From: an uncultured candidatus Brocadiaceae bacterium
GTDB lineage: Bacteria; Planctomycetota; Brocadiia; SM23-32
Direction: 5' to 3'
DNA length: 33,225 nucleotides
NCBI GenBank assembly: GCA_964442595.1
Contig: CAYUDW010000012.1
Coordinates: 1 to 33,225 of the forward strand
Made by a program: the position numbers and the translations under genes. Below the pieces are notes generated by a model. The model had not been told where the DNA came from and did not search any database. It worked only from the letters and a program-made list of their open reading frames with translations. Below, piece after piece: positions 13,665 through 21,358 of the stretch. How positions within the stretch are numbered: the first letter of the stretch is position 1; every line of letters begins with the position of its first letter.

Positions 13665-14198
13665 CTATGCGGGGGGCTGTTCAGCCGCCCTCGCCCTCAA
13701 CTGGTCAAGTCCGCACGCCAGGGCGCGGGGCCTGTCCAGCAGGCCATAGGCCAACCGGCGCAGGGGCGCCATGAGGGCCCCGGCAATTGTGGCCAGCAGC
13801 ACTTCCCGGCTGGGGATCGCGGCCAGCTTCTTGACCTCTTCGGGTCCCAGCACGCGGCCGTCCGCGTAACCGCCTCGCACGCGGATGGCCGCGCACATCT
13901 CGGTTGCGGCATCGACGGCCTTGGCGGCTTCGATGGGGCCCTCACCGCGTACGACGGCCATCGGGCCGCCGATCAGCCTCTTCAGACCGCCCACGCCGAG
14001 CCGGTCCAACGCGATGCCGAACAGGGAGTTCCTGACGATCACCATGCTCCCACCCCGTCTGCGCACCTCCTGGCGGACCTGACGGGCCGCATCGCCCGTC
14101 ATGCCGTCGTAGTTGACCAGGACGCAGCCGGTCCCATCGATTCCCTGGAAGACCGCTTCCAGCTCTTTGACCATGAGTTCTTTGACTTCGCGGGCCAT
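13665..14198 (-). CDS. rplJ: 50S ribosomal protein L10
   Basis: 177-aa ORF positioned between rplA and rplL. L10-like features include an N-terminal KEL..ELE.. segment and the C-terminal L12-binding helix region. ATG at 14196-14198 with GGAG upstream. Confidence 0.9.
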   Translation of the reverse strand: MAREVKELMVKELEAVFQGIDGTGCVLVNYDGMTGDAARQVRQEVRRRGGSMVIVRNSLFGIALDRLGVGGLKRLIGGPMAVVRGEGPIEAAKAVDAATEMCAAIRVRGGYADGRVLGPEEVKKLAAIPSREVLLATIAGALMAPLRRLAYGLLDRPRALACGLDQLRARAAEQPPA

Positions 14199-14224
14199 CT
14201 ATTGCGTTGCTCCGGGCTTCGGGC

Positions 14225-14908
14225 CTATTCCGTGACGATCTGGATCGCCGGGCTCATTGTGGAACAGATGCAGGCTTTGCAGAGGTATCGTCCTCTGGCG
14301 GCAGGCGGCTTCATCCTGAGCAGTTGGCTGATGAGGGCGCGCACGTTCTCCGCCAGATCCTCGGTGCTGAACGACAGTTTGCCAACGGGCACGTGGACGT
14401 TGCCGCCGCTGTCATTTCTGAACTCGATTTTGCCGGCCTTGAACTCGCCCACTGCCTCCTCGATGTCCTCTCGGACGGTGCCGCTCTTGGGGGAGGGCAT
14501 CAAGCCGCGGGGGCCCAGGTAGCGGCCCAGGCGGCCGATGCGTCCCATCATGTCGGGCGTGGCAAGTGCGACGTCGAAGCCCATGAAACCTTCCTCAACC
14601 TTGCCTATCAGGTCGTCTGCCCCGACTATGTCCGCGCCGGCCTGCCGTGCGGCCTCGGCCTTGGCTCCCTCGGCGAAGACGGCGACGGTGCGCTTCTGGC
14701 CCGTGCCGTTCGGCAGCGATATGCTGCCCCGGACCTGCTGGTCGCTCTGGCGTGCGTCCACTCCGAGTTGCACGGAACATTCGACCGTCTCGTCGAAGCG
14801 GGCCGGCGACATGGACTTGAGCGCCTCAATCGCTTCCTCCACGGGGAAAGCGCGTGTCCGTTCGACGAGCTGACGCGACTGCTGGTATCTGCGGCTTCTT
14901 CGTCCCAT
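14225..14908 (-). CDS. rplA: 50S ribosomal protein L1
   Basis: 227-aa ORF with L1 hallmarks: FDETVECSVQLGVD, VAVFA.G....A...GAD.VG, LGPRGLMPSPKSGTV. Confidence 0.95.
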   Translation of the reverse strand: MGRRSRRYQQSRQLVERTRAFPVEEAIEALKSMSPARFDETVECSVQLGVDARQSDQQVRGSISLPNGTGQKRTVAVFAEGAKAEAARQAGADIVGADDLIGKVEEGFMGFDVALATPDMMGRIGRLGRYLGPRGLMPSPKSGTVREDIEEAVGEFKAGKIEFRNDSGGNVHVPVGKLSFSTEDLAENVRALISQLLRMKPPAARGRYLCKACICSTMSPAIQIVTE

Positions 14909-14959
14909 TTGCTGTCTTCCTCGGTGCGGCTGTCGCGGCGCGATGACGAGACCGGCCGA

Positions 14960-15403
14960 TCAGCCTTCGGCGACCTGGACGCCGCAGCTTCTCGCCGTGC
15001 CCTCTATGATGCGCATGGCGGCGTCGATGTCATCCGCGTTGAGGTCATGTATCTTTTCCTCGGCGATCTGTCTCAGCTGGGAGCGGGTTATCTGGGCGAC
15101 GGTCTCCCGCTTGGCCGCTCCTGACCCCTTGACGATGCCGGCAGCGCGCTTGACCAGGTAAGAGGCCGGAGGCGTCTTAACCTCGAAGTCGAACGAGCCG
15201 TCCCGGTAGACCTTCACGATCACCGGGAGGGGCACGCCCATCTGGTCCTTCGTCCTCTCGTTGAACTGGCTGATGAACTGGCCGATATCGACACGGTGCT
15301 GGCTGAGGGAGGGACCGAGCGGGGGAGCCGGGTTGGCCTGGCCGCCGGTCACCAGGACCTTCAGCGTTGCTTGGGGCACTCTTCTTCTTCTTCTTTTCGC
15401 CAT
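14960..15403 (-). CDS. rplK: 50S ribosomal protein L11
   Basis: 147-aa ORF with GGQANPAPPLGPSL, a PVIVKVYRDGSFDF-type core and an IEGTARSCGVQV C-terminus. The N-terminus is unusual: MAKRRRRRV. Confidence 0.95.
   Translation of the reverse strand: MAKRRRRRVPQATLKVLVTGGQANPAPPLGPSLSQHRVDIGQFISQFNERTKDQMGVPLPVIVKVYRDGSFDFEVKTPPASYLVKRAAGIVKGSGAAKRETVAQITRSQLRQIAEEKIHDLNADDIDAAMRIIEGTARSCGVQVAEG
15380..15394 (-). repeat. (AGA)5 trinucleotide run encoding Arg4-Arg8 of L11, inside a 19-nt polypurine tract
   Basis: The minus strand reads ATG GCG AAA AGA AGA AGA AGA AGA GTG. The plus strand shows tct x5 at 15380-15394. Confidence 0.95.
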
Positions 15404-15443
15404 GGGTCTGTCCCGGGGTGCTTCTCAGTGTGTCCAGACGGAG

Positions 15444-16028
15444 TCAGATCGGCTGGATCTGCCAGTACTCGAGTTCCACGGGTGTGGCGCGGCTGAAGAT
15501 GTTGATGATGACCCTCACCTTGCCGCTGGCGGGGTTGACCTCTTCGATGTAGCCCTCGACGCTCTTGAAGGGCCCTTCCCTTATCTGAACCATCTCGCCT
15601 TCCTTGAGGTCGATCTCAAGTTTGGGCCCTTCCTCCTCGATCTCCTGAGCCTGGCCGAGCATGCGGGCGACCTCTTCTGCGCGCATCGGCCACGGCTTCT
15701 CGCCGCCGATGAAGTCACCCACGCCGCTGGTCTCGCGGATGCGGTGCCAGAGGTCTTCGGGGATGTTCCTTTGCTCGTCCACCTCGACCTGTACGAACAC
15801 GTAGCCGGGGTAGAGCTTGCGCTGCACGACCTGCCGCTTGCCTCCCCGCATCTCCGTCACGGACTCGGTCGGCACGAGGACCTCAGGAACTCGATCCGTC
15901 AGATTCTCCAGTTCGAGCAGCTTTCTGAGGTTCTCCCGTACCCTTTCCTCGCGGTTGCTCTGCACGCGCAGGACGAACCACAGCGTGCTCCGTTCGGCAG
16001 TTTTCTGATCGGTCCCGCTTTCTTCCAT
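15444..16028 (-). CDS. nusG: transcription termination/antitermination factor NusG
   Basis: 194-aa ORF with NGN-domain WFVLRVQSNREERV and PGYVFVQVE, and a KOW segment GEMVQIREGPFKSVEGYIEEV. Position is conserved between secE and rplK. Confidence 0.95.
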   Translation of the reverse strand: MEESGTDQKTAERSTLWFVLRVQSNREERVRENLRKLLELENLTDRVPEVLVPTESVTEMRGGKRQVVQRKLYPGYVFVQVEVDEQRNIPEDLWHRIRETSGVGDFIGGEKPWPMRAEEVARMLGQAQEIEEEGPKLEIDLKEGEMVQIREGPFKSVEGYIEEVNPASGKVRVIINIFSRATPVELEYWQIQPI

Positions 16029-16128
16029 GGTTGTTCGCCCTGTGTAAAGCTAAGGGGAACGGTCCGATACTTGCTGCCCGGCCCGCCTGCGCGCACAGCG
16101 CGGCCGGATCGGTGACCGGCGCACACGG

Positions 16129-16590
16129 TCAGGTCGGCAGCACCTGCAGACTGCGCATCAGGGACGCGGCCAGCCAGTCCACACAGAACAGGAAAGCGCC
16201 CAGCAGGACGATCGAGATCAACACGGCCGTCGTGGAAGACGTCAACTCCGCCGAACTGGGCCAGGAGACCTTGGCCAGCTCCGACTCGGTGTCTATCAAC
16301 AGGTCAATGAACCTCTTGGTCTTCGAGTCCAGTCCCTGGAGGCCTGTCTGCAGGCCGAACGTGACCAGGAACACGACCGTCGCAAGCACGATGAACAAGC
16401 CGCCTGCCCACAGCGCGGCCTGCGGCACCGACATGCCCAAAACCTTGAACGCCGTCTTCTCGATGCGCGTTATCTGGAACAGACGCACGCTGGCGAACAG
16501 CGCCACCAGGAGCAGCGCCACGCCGGTGGCCGCACGCGCATAGATCCCCTGTCCCGGTCGATAAGGAGTTAGATCCACGGCTTGAGCCAA
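16129..16590 (-). CDS. secE: preprotein translocase subunit SecE (extended, about three predicted TM segments)
   Basis: The ORF sits between tRNA-Trp and nusG. The C-terminal part, ELAKVSWPS..EL...T..VL followed by a hydrophobic helix, is the canonical SecE core. Two extra hydrophobic stretches precede it. The first codon is TTG (caa at 16588-16590) with GAGGAAG upstream, so the start is uncertain. Confidence 0.85.
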   Translation of the reverse strand: MAQAVDLTPYRPGQGIYARAATGVALLLVALFASVRLFQITRIEKTAFKVLGMSVPQAALWAGGLFIVLATVVFLVTFGLQTGLQGLDSKTKRFIDLLIDTESELAKVSWPSSAELTSSTTAVLISIVLLGAFLFCVDWLAASLMRSLQVLPT

Positions 16591-16654
16591 GAGCTTCCTC
16601 TTCTGAGCATCCCAGGGCTGCGGATCTGACCTGGCGGCCAGCCGATGACGATAC

Positions 16655-16731
16655 TGGCAGGCCAGGAGGGACTCGAACCCCCAACCACCGGTTTTGGAAA
16701 CCGGGGCTCTAGCCGATTGAGCTACTGGCCT
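16655..16731 (-). tRNA. tRNA-Trp (anticodon CCA)
   Basis: Hand-folded cloverleaf: AGGCCAG/TA/GCTC..GAGC/C/CCGGT-TTCCAAA-ACCGG/TGGTT/GGGGG-TTCGAGT-CCCTC/CTGGCCT-G-CCA. The 3' CCA is encoded. Confidence 0.93.
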
Positions 16732-16755
16732 ACCTGGCCAAACGCCATCTCAGCC

Positions 16756-16792
16756 CGTCCGCTGCGACGCCCTGCCGGCGTCGCAGCGGACG
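16756..16792 (-). terminator. perfect 16-bp GC-rich stem with 5-nt loop, 3 nt after the rpmG stop (terminator/attenuator or 3'-end stabiliser)
   Basis: Plus strand c-gtccgctgcgacgcc-ctgcc-ggcgtcgcagcggac-g. The arms at 16756-16771 and 16777-16792 are exact reverse complements. No adjacent U-tract; only GCGTTTGG about 14 nt downstream. Only 24 nt separate it from the tRNA-Trp 5' end. Confidence 0.45.
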
Positions 16793-16795
16793 CAC

Positions 16796-16945
16796 CTATC
16801 TCCTCTTCTGCCTGTGCTCCGTATGCTTGCGGCAACGGGGGCAGTGCTTTTTCAGTTGCAGACGTTTGCCGCCTCGCGTCTCGGTGGCGGTGCGGTAGTT
16901 CTCCGATCGGCACTCGGTGCATTCCAGAGTCACGTACTCGCGCAT
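16796..16945 (-). CDS. rpmG: 50S ribosomal protein L33 (Zn-ribbon, C4 type)
   Basis: Not in the ORF track (49 aa). Hand translation from cat at 16943-16945 to cta at 16796-16798 gives MREYVTLECTECRSENYRTATETRGGKRLQLKKHCPRCRKHTEHRQKRR. The start lies 8 nt after the tuf stop. Confidence 0.9.
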   Translation of the reverse strand: MREYVTLECTECRSENYRTATETRGGKRLQLKKHCPRCRKHTEHRQKRR

Positions 16946-16953
16946 GGTTCGGC

Positions 16954-18147
16954 CTACTCGATGATCTTGGTGACCACGCCCGCGCCGACGGTGTTGCCGC
17001 CCTCGCGGATGGCGAAGCGCAATTGCTCCTCCATGGCGATGGGGGTTATCAGCTTAACCTGCACATTAACGTTGTCGCCCGGCAAGACCATCTCCACGCC
17101 CTCCGACAGCGTCACGTCGCCGGTCACGTCCGTGGTGCGGAAGTAGAACTGGGGACGGTATCCGGTGAAGAACGGCGTGTGGCGGCCTCCTTCATCGGCG
17201 TTCAGGACGTAGACCTCGGCTTCGAAAGTGGTGTGTGGCGTGATGGAGCCCGGCGCGGCCAACACCTCGCCGCGCGAGAGCTCGTCCTTCTCGATGCCGC
17301 GCAGCAGCACGCCGATGTTATCGCCCGCCTGGCCCGTGTCCAGCGTCTTGCGGAACATCTCGACCCCGGTCACGACCGTCTTGCGAACCTCGGGCTGCAG
17401 GCCAACGATCTCGATCTCGTCGCCGACGCGCACCGTGCCCCTCTCGACGCGGCCGGTGCCGACGGTGCCCCGCCCCTTGATGCTGAAGACGTCCTCGACC
17501 GGCATCAGGAACGGCTGATCAACGGCGCGCACGGGCTCCGGGATGTAGTTGTCGAGCGCCTCGAGCAGCTCGAAGACGCACTTGTTTGCTTCCTCATCGT
17601 CCGGGTTCTCGAGCGCCTGCAGGGCCGAGCCGCTGACAAACGGGATATCATCGCCCGGGAAGTTGTACGCACTCAGGATGTCCCGCACTTCCAGCTCGAC
17701 CAGCTCCAGCAGTTCGGGGTCGTCAAGCTGGTCCACTTTGTTCAAGAAGACGACGATGGCGGGCACGTTCACCTGGCGGGCCAGCAGCACGTGCTCCTTG
17801 GTCTGGGGCATCGGCCCGTCGGCGGCACTGACCACCAGGACCGCGCCGTCCATCTGGGCGGCCCCCGTGATCATGTTCTTGATGTAGTCCCGATGTCCGG
17901 GGCAGTCGACGTGGGCGTAGTGCCGCTTATCGGTTTCGTATTCCACGTGCTGCGTCTGGATGGTGATGCCGCGTTCCTTCTCCTCAGGCGCGTTGTCAAT
18001 GCTGTCGAAGGTGCGGTATTCGGCCATCCCCTTCTTGCTGAGCTGAAGAGTCATGGCCGACGTCAGGGTCGTCTTCCCGTGGTCCACGTGACCGATCGTG
18101 CCGACGTTGATGTGCGGCTTGGTCCGCTTGAAGTCCTGCTTAGCCAT
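16954..18147 (-). CDS. tuf: translation elongation factor Tu
   Basis: Track ORF 16954..18261 trimmed to [29 protein letters not shown] (cat at 18145-18147, GGAGG upstream). DCPGH and NKVD motifs are present; 397 aa. Confidence 0.98.
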   Translation of the reverse strand: MAKQDFKRTKPHINVGTIGHVDHGKTTLTSAMTLQLSKKGMAEYRTFDSIDNAPEEKERGITIQTQHVEYETDKRHYAHVDCPGHRDYIKNMITGAAQMDGAVLVVSAADGPMPQTKEHVLLARQVNVPAIVVFLNKVDQLDDPELLELVELEVRDILSAYNFPGDDIPFVSGSALQALENPDDEEANKCVFELLEALDNYIPEPVRAVDQPFLMPVEDVFSIKGRGTVGTGRVERGTVRVGDEIEIVGLQPEVRKTVVTGVEMFRKTLDTGQAGDNIGVLLRGIEKDELSRGEVLAAPGSITPHTTFEAEVYVLNADEGGRHTPFFTGYRPQFYFRTTDVTGDVTLSEGVEMVLPGDNVNVQVKLITPIAMEEQLRFAIREGGNTVGAGVVTKIIE

Positions 18148-18316
18148 TGCCTGATGGTTCCTCCGAAAGTGTTCGCACCGCCGAAAGGCAACTAGATGAG
18201 TCAGCGCAACGCTGCGCTTCGAACCTGCGAATCTCGCACCCGCCTGCCTTGTCCCCGTCAAACCCCTGTGGAAAGCCTGCCCGATCAGCCCGATGCCGTG
18301 GCCTGGTGTTCTTAGG

Positions 18317-18391
18317 TGGAGCTGCTGATGGGATTCGAACCCATGACCCCGTCCTTACCAAGGACGTGCTCTACCGCTGAGCTACAGCAGC
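18317..18391 (-). tRNA. tRNA-Thr (anticodon GGU)
   Basis: Hand fold: GCTGCTG/TA/GCTC-AGCGGTA-GAGC/A/CGTCC-TTGGTAA-GGACG/GGGTC/ATGGG-TTCGAAT-CCCAT/CAGCAGC-T-CCA. Confidence 0.93.
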
Positions 18392-18526
18392 CCGCGTACA
18401 CGACAATCCGACGGGGCGATCGGTTTTCCGAGGTAGAGTGAAACGGCCGCTTCACTGCCCAGTGGACAGAGCCTAGCCCAAGCCGGAGGGTCGCAGAGAC
18501 AAGGGTACCAGCGCCGGATTCTACCG

Positions 18527-18555
18527 ATGCTAACACACCGGCCTCGTCAAGTCAA
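18527..18555 (-). promoter_or_regulatory. candidate sigma70-type promoter inside the tRNA cluster (TTGACT-17 nt-TAGCAT)
   Basis: On the minus strand the -35 TTGACT lies at 18550-18555 and the -10 TAGCAT at 18527-18532, with a 17-nt spacer. It sits in the 190-nt spacer between tRNA-Gly and tRNA-Thr(GGU). This is a motif match only. Confidence 0.35.
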
Positions 18556-18581
18556 GCAAAAGCCAAACCATTCGTAACCGT

Positions 18582-18657
18582 TGGAGCGGGCGATGGGGAT
18601 CGAACCCACAACATCTGGCTTGGAAGGCCAGTGCTCTGCCGGTTGAGCTACGCCCGC
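18582..18657 (-). tRNA. tRNA-Gly (anticodon UCC)
   Basis: Hand fold: GCGGGCG/TA/GCTC..GAGC/A/CTGGC-CTTCCAA-GCCAG/ATGTT/GTGGG-TTCGATC-CCCAT/CGCCCGC-T-CCA. Confidence 0.92.
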
Positions 18658-18666
18658 CCTGCTCGG

Positions 18667-18751
18667 TGGTGGGCAGGGGAGGATTCGAACCTCCGAAGGC
18701 ATCGCCAGCAGATTTACAGTCTGCTCCCTTTGACCGCTCGGGAACCTGCCC
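18667..18751 (-). tRNA. tRNA-Tyr (anticodon GUA, long variable arm)
   Basis: Hand fold: GGGCAGG/TT/CCCGAGCGGTCAAAGGG/A/GCAGA-CTGTAAA-TCTGC/TGGCGATGCCTTC/GGAGG-TTCGAAT-CCTCC/CCTGCCC-A-CCA. Confidence 0.92.
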
Positions 18752-18790
18752 ACCGCCCCTTATCTGCTCGCCGTCGCCGGATGCTCTGGT

Positions 18791-18865
18791 TGGAGCTAGT
18801 GAGGGGATTCGAACCCCTAACCTGCGGTTTACAAAACCGCTGCTCTGCCGTTGAGCTACACTAGC
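18791..18865 (-). tRNA. tRNA-Thr (anticodon UGU)
   Basis: Hand fold: GCTAGTG/TA/GCTC-AACGGCA-GAGC/A/GCGGT-TTTGTAA-ACCGC/AGGTT/AGGGG-TTCGAAT-CCCCT/CACTAGC-T-CCA. Confidence 0.93.
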
Positions 18866-18885
18866 CCTCTTGGGCATCCTGTACT

Positions 18886-18915
18886 CTTATACGGCACGCT
18901 CCCCACCCTTTTCAA
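18886..18915 (-). promoter_or_regulatory. candidate promoter of the tRNA-tuf operon (TTGAAA-18 nt-TATAAG)
   Basis: On the minus strand the -35 lies at 18910-18915 and the -10 at 18886-18891, about 20 nt upstream of the first tRNA 5' end. The region is locally AT-richer. Confidence 0.45.
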
Positions 18916-18964
18916 GTGCTGGCGCGCCTTCGTGCCATCTGGCCCGGCCACGGCCTGTCGGCAT

Positions 18965-18993
18965 TTGCAGAAGGCCCGTCCTTAGTGTAGTAT
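18965..18993 (+). promoter_or_regulatory. candidate divergent promoter for the dprA-like gene (TTGCAG-17 nt-TAGTAT)
   Basis: The -35 lies at 18965-18970 and the -10 at 18988-18993. This leaves a leader of about 27 nt carrying GGGGGAG before the ATG at 19027. Confidence 0.4.
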
Positions 18994-19026
18994 GTGAGCA
19001 CTCGGGCGGCGCCATCGGGGGAGAAT

Positions 19027-19992
19027 ATGCCGGACACGGATGAAGAGCGGCTCTGCCTTGTCGGCCTTTGTGCCGCGCCGGGCGTGGGGCCTGCCAGTGT
19101 GGCTTGCCTGCGCAGGGCGGCGAGGGAGCAACGGGTGCCGTTGAGCGAGGTGGTGGCCCTGCCGGCTGAGGTGCTGGAGGGCGAGCTCGGACTTGCACCC
19201 CCTGCCGCCCGTTCGGTTGCGGCGCTCAGGAACCCTTGCGAGGCAGGCCGGTCGACGCTGGATAGGCTGGCGTGGGCCGGCCTGAGGATCGCTACGGATG
19301 GCGAGGCCCTCTATCCGGACCGGCTCGGGCGGTATCTGCGGGACCAGGCGCCGTCGGTTCTGTTCGTGGGCGGCGACCTGGCCGTCCTGGACGGTCCGTG
19401 TGTGGCCATAGTCGGTTCTCGGCAGCCTTCCCGGCCGGCGAGCCGCGCGGCAGGAGCGCTGGCTGCGGACCTGGCGGCCGAGGGCAGCGCCGTGGTTAGC
19501 GGCGGCGCGCCGGGGATCGATAGCCGCGCCCACGAGGCCGCTGCCTCGGCCGGCGCCACTTGCGCCGTCCCCGCCGTGGGGGTGTGCCGTTTCCGGTGGC
19601 ACGGCGCGAGTTCGGCCGAGCTTGCCGAGAGGGGATGGTGCGTGCTGGGCCAGTTCCCGCCGGGCGCGGGCTGGCGTACGGCCCACGCGCTGATGCGCAA
19701 CCGGATGATCGCAGCCCTGAGCGACGCCGTGGTCGCCTTCGACCCGCGGGATACCGGCGGGACCTGGCACACCTCTCTCTGGGCCCTCCGCATGCGCAAG
19801 CCGCTCTTCGTGGTGGGGACGTCACGTGAGGGGGCGAAGGGCAGGGGGCTCACGCACCTTGTGCGCTTCGGTGCCGTGGCGCTGGACCCGGACCGGATGC
19901 CGGACGCTGCGGATTTCGCCCGGCTCGTGGCCGACTACCGTCCTGCGGCTTCCCCCGACCAACTTCCCCTGTTTGACACGCAGGGGCTGTGA
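19027..19992 (+). CDS. dprA: DprA/Smf-family DNA-processing protein (divergent)
   Basis: Track ORF 18994 (GTG) trimmed to the ATG at 19027, which is preceded by GGGGGAG. The Rossmann-like DprA core reads VAIVGSRQPS...AAGALAADLAAEGSAVVSGGAPGIDSRAHEAA and ...ALMRNRMIAALSDAVVAF.. The N-terminus is a helix-hairpin-like region. Confidence 0.7.
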   Translation: MPDTDEERLCLVGLCAAPGVGPASVACLRRAAREQRVPLSEVVALPAEVLEGELGLAPPAARSVAALRNPCEAGRSTLDRLAWAGLRIATDGEALYPDRLGRYLRDQAPSVLFVGGDLAVLDGPCVAIVGSRQPSRPASRAAGALAADLAAEGSAVVSGGAPGIDSRAHEAAASAGATCAVPAVGVCRFRWHGASSAELAERGWCVLGQFPPGAGWRTAHALMRNRMIAALSDAVVAFDPRDTGGTWHTSLWALRMRKPLFVVGTSREGAKGRGLTHLVRFGAVALDPDRMPDAADFARLVADYRPAASPDQLPLFDTQGL

Positions 19993-20100
19993 GTGCGTGG
20001 AGCCAGGGCTCTCGCTTGAGCCTGCCGGGCGCTTTCCATAGACTGGAGCGCCGCGTGCGTCCGTTGCCGTTCTCCATGTTCCCGCAGGACGGGTGGTGCC

Positions 20101-21009
20101 ATGTCGCTCCTGGTGGTGGGTTCGGTTGCACTGGATGACGTAGAGACCCCGTACGGGGCGAGGCGGAGCGAACTGGGCGGTTCGGCCGTCTACTTCTCGT
20201 TCGCGGCTGCGTGTTTTGGCCCGGTGCGGCTTGTCGGGGTGGTGGGGTCGGACTTCCCGGCGGAGTACCTGGAGCGCCTGGCGCGTCGGCCCATCGACCT
20301 GGCAGGCCTGCAACGGGCGCAGGGCCGGACCTTCCGCTGGCACGGGGCCTACGAGGGGAGGATGGAGCAGGCCCGCACCCTGGCCGTCAGTCTGAACGTC
20401 CTGGGGGGATTCACGCCGCGCGTCCCGCCCGCGTATGCGAATTCCTCGTATGTGTTCCTGGCCAACGCATCCCCGGGCACACACGTGCAGGTGCTGGACC
20501 AGGTGGCAGGCGCCCGGTTCGTGCTGGCCGACACGATGAACTACTACATCGAGAACGAACGGGACGCCGTGCTGGGGCTGCTGCCGCGGCTGGACGGGCT
20601 GATTCTGAACGACGTCGAGGCGCTCCAGCTCACGGAGCAGCCGAACCTGCTGGCCGCTGCCCGCTGGGTGTGCGAGCGGGGGCCGTCCTGCTGCATCATT
20701 AAGAAAGGGGAACACGGGTCCCTGCTGAGGGGCCCGGATGGCGTCTTCGTTCTGCCGGGTTTCCCGCACGAGGCCGTGGTGGACCCGACGGGCGCGGGAG
20801 ACGCGTTCGCGGGGGGGATGATGGGATACATGGCCAGCCGGGACGAGGTCACCCCGGACACGCTGAAGCGCGGATTGGCCTACGGCACGATCACGGCCTC
20901 GTTCGCCATAGAGCAGTTCGGGCCCGCCGGGCTGGAGTCGTTGACGGGCGAAGGCGTCGAGCAGCGGCTGGCAGATTTCCTGAGGTTAACTCACCTGTCG
21001 GCGCCGTGA
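20101..21009 (+). CDS. PfkB-family carbohydrate/nucleoside kinase
   Basis: 302-aa ORF with N-terminal VVGSVALD and the ribokinase-family anion-hole/catalytic motif DPTGAGDAFAGG. The substrate cannot be called from sequence by eye. Confidence 0.8.
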   Translation: MSLLVVGSVALDDVETPYGARRSELGGSAVYFSFAAACFGPVRLVGVVGSDFPAEYLERLARRPIDLAGLQRAQGRTFRWHGAYEGRMEQARTLAVSLNVLGGFTPRVPPAYANSSYVFLANASPGTHVQVLDQVAGARFVLADTMNYYIENERDAVLGLLPRLDGLILNDVEALQLTEQPNLLAAARWVCERGPSCCIIKKGEHGSLLRGPDGVFVLPGFPHEAVVDPTGAGDAFAGGMMGYMASRDEVTPDTLKRGLAYGTITASFAIEQFGPAGLESLTGEGVEQRLADFLRLTHLSAP

Positions 21010-21033
21010 ACTCCCGGCTGGGATCGGGCCCTT

Positions 21034-21309
21034 CTACGACACCTCGGCCTGCGTCTCGTTGAGGCGTTTCTGGAACTGGGCCTGCTTGCGCGCGACCTTG
21101 TTGGGATGGAGGATCCGCTTCGAGGCGGCCTGCTGGTAGAGCTTCGTCAGCATACTGAGCTGGTGCTGGGCCTGTTGAGTCTCGCCCCGCTCGAGCATGT
21201 GTTCCAGTTTGTTCTGTTCGGTGCGCAGGCGGCTCTTGACGCGCTTGTTGCGCAGGTTCCTCTTTCTGTTCTGTCTGAGGCTCTTGAGGGCTGCCGGACG
21301 TTGTGGCAT
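21034..21309 (-). CDS. rpsT: 30S ribosomal protein S20
   Basis: 91-aa basic ORF reading MPQRPAALKSLRQNRKRNLRNKRVKSRLRT... and ...ILHPNKVARKQ, typical of S20. GAAGGAAAG lies upstream of the ATG. Confidence 0.9.
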   Translation of the reverse strand: MPQRPAALKSLRQNRKRNLRNKRVKSRLRTEQNKLEHMLERGETQQAQHQLSMLTKLYQQAASKRILHPNKVARKQAQFQKRLNETQAEVS

Positions 21310-21358
21310 TGCTGCTTTCCTTCTGCTCTTGAGTTGATGCTGCGCGGGGCAGGGGGCT

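Noticed and set aside
18201-18240. GGTTCGAA (T-loop-like) motif and short hairpins in the tRNA-Thr(GGU)-tuf spacer, considered as a decayed tRNA
   Set aside because: No acceptor, D or anticodon arms can be drawn around it. An isolated 8-mer is easily explained by chance.
18140-18877. Short ORFs on both strands (for example 18312-18536, 18530-18877, 18631-18864) overlapping the tRNA cluster
   Set aside because: They read straight through four well-folding tRNA genes and their spacers, and have no coding features.
18887-19853. Minus-strand ORFs (18887-19198, 18982-19770, 19311-19853) overlapping the dprA-like gene
   Set aside because: They are Arg/Pro/Ala-rich antisense frames, whereas the plus-strand frame carries recognisable DprA motifs.
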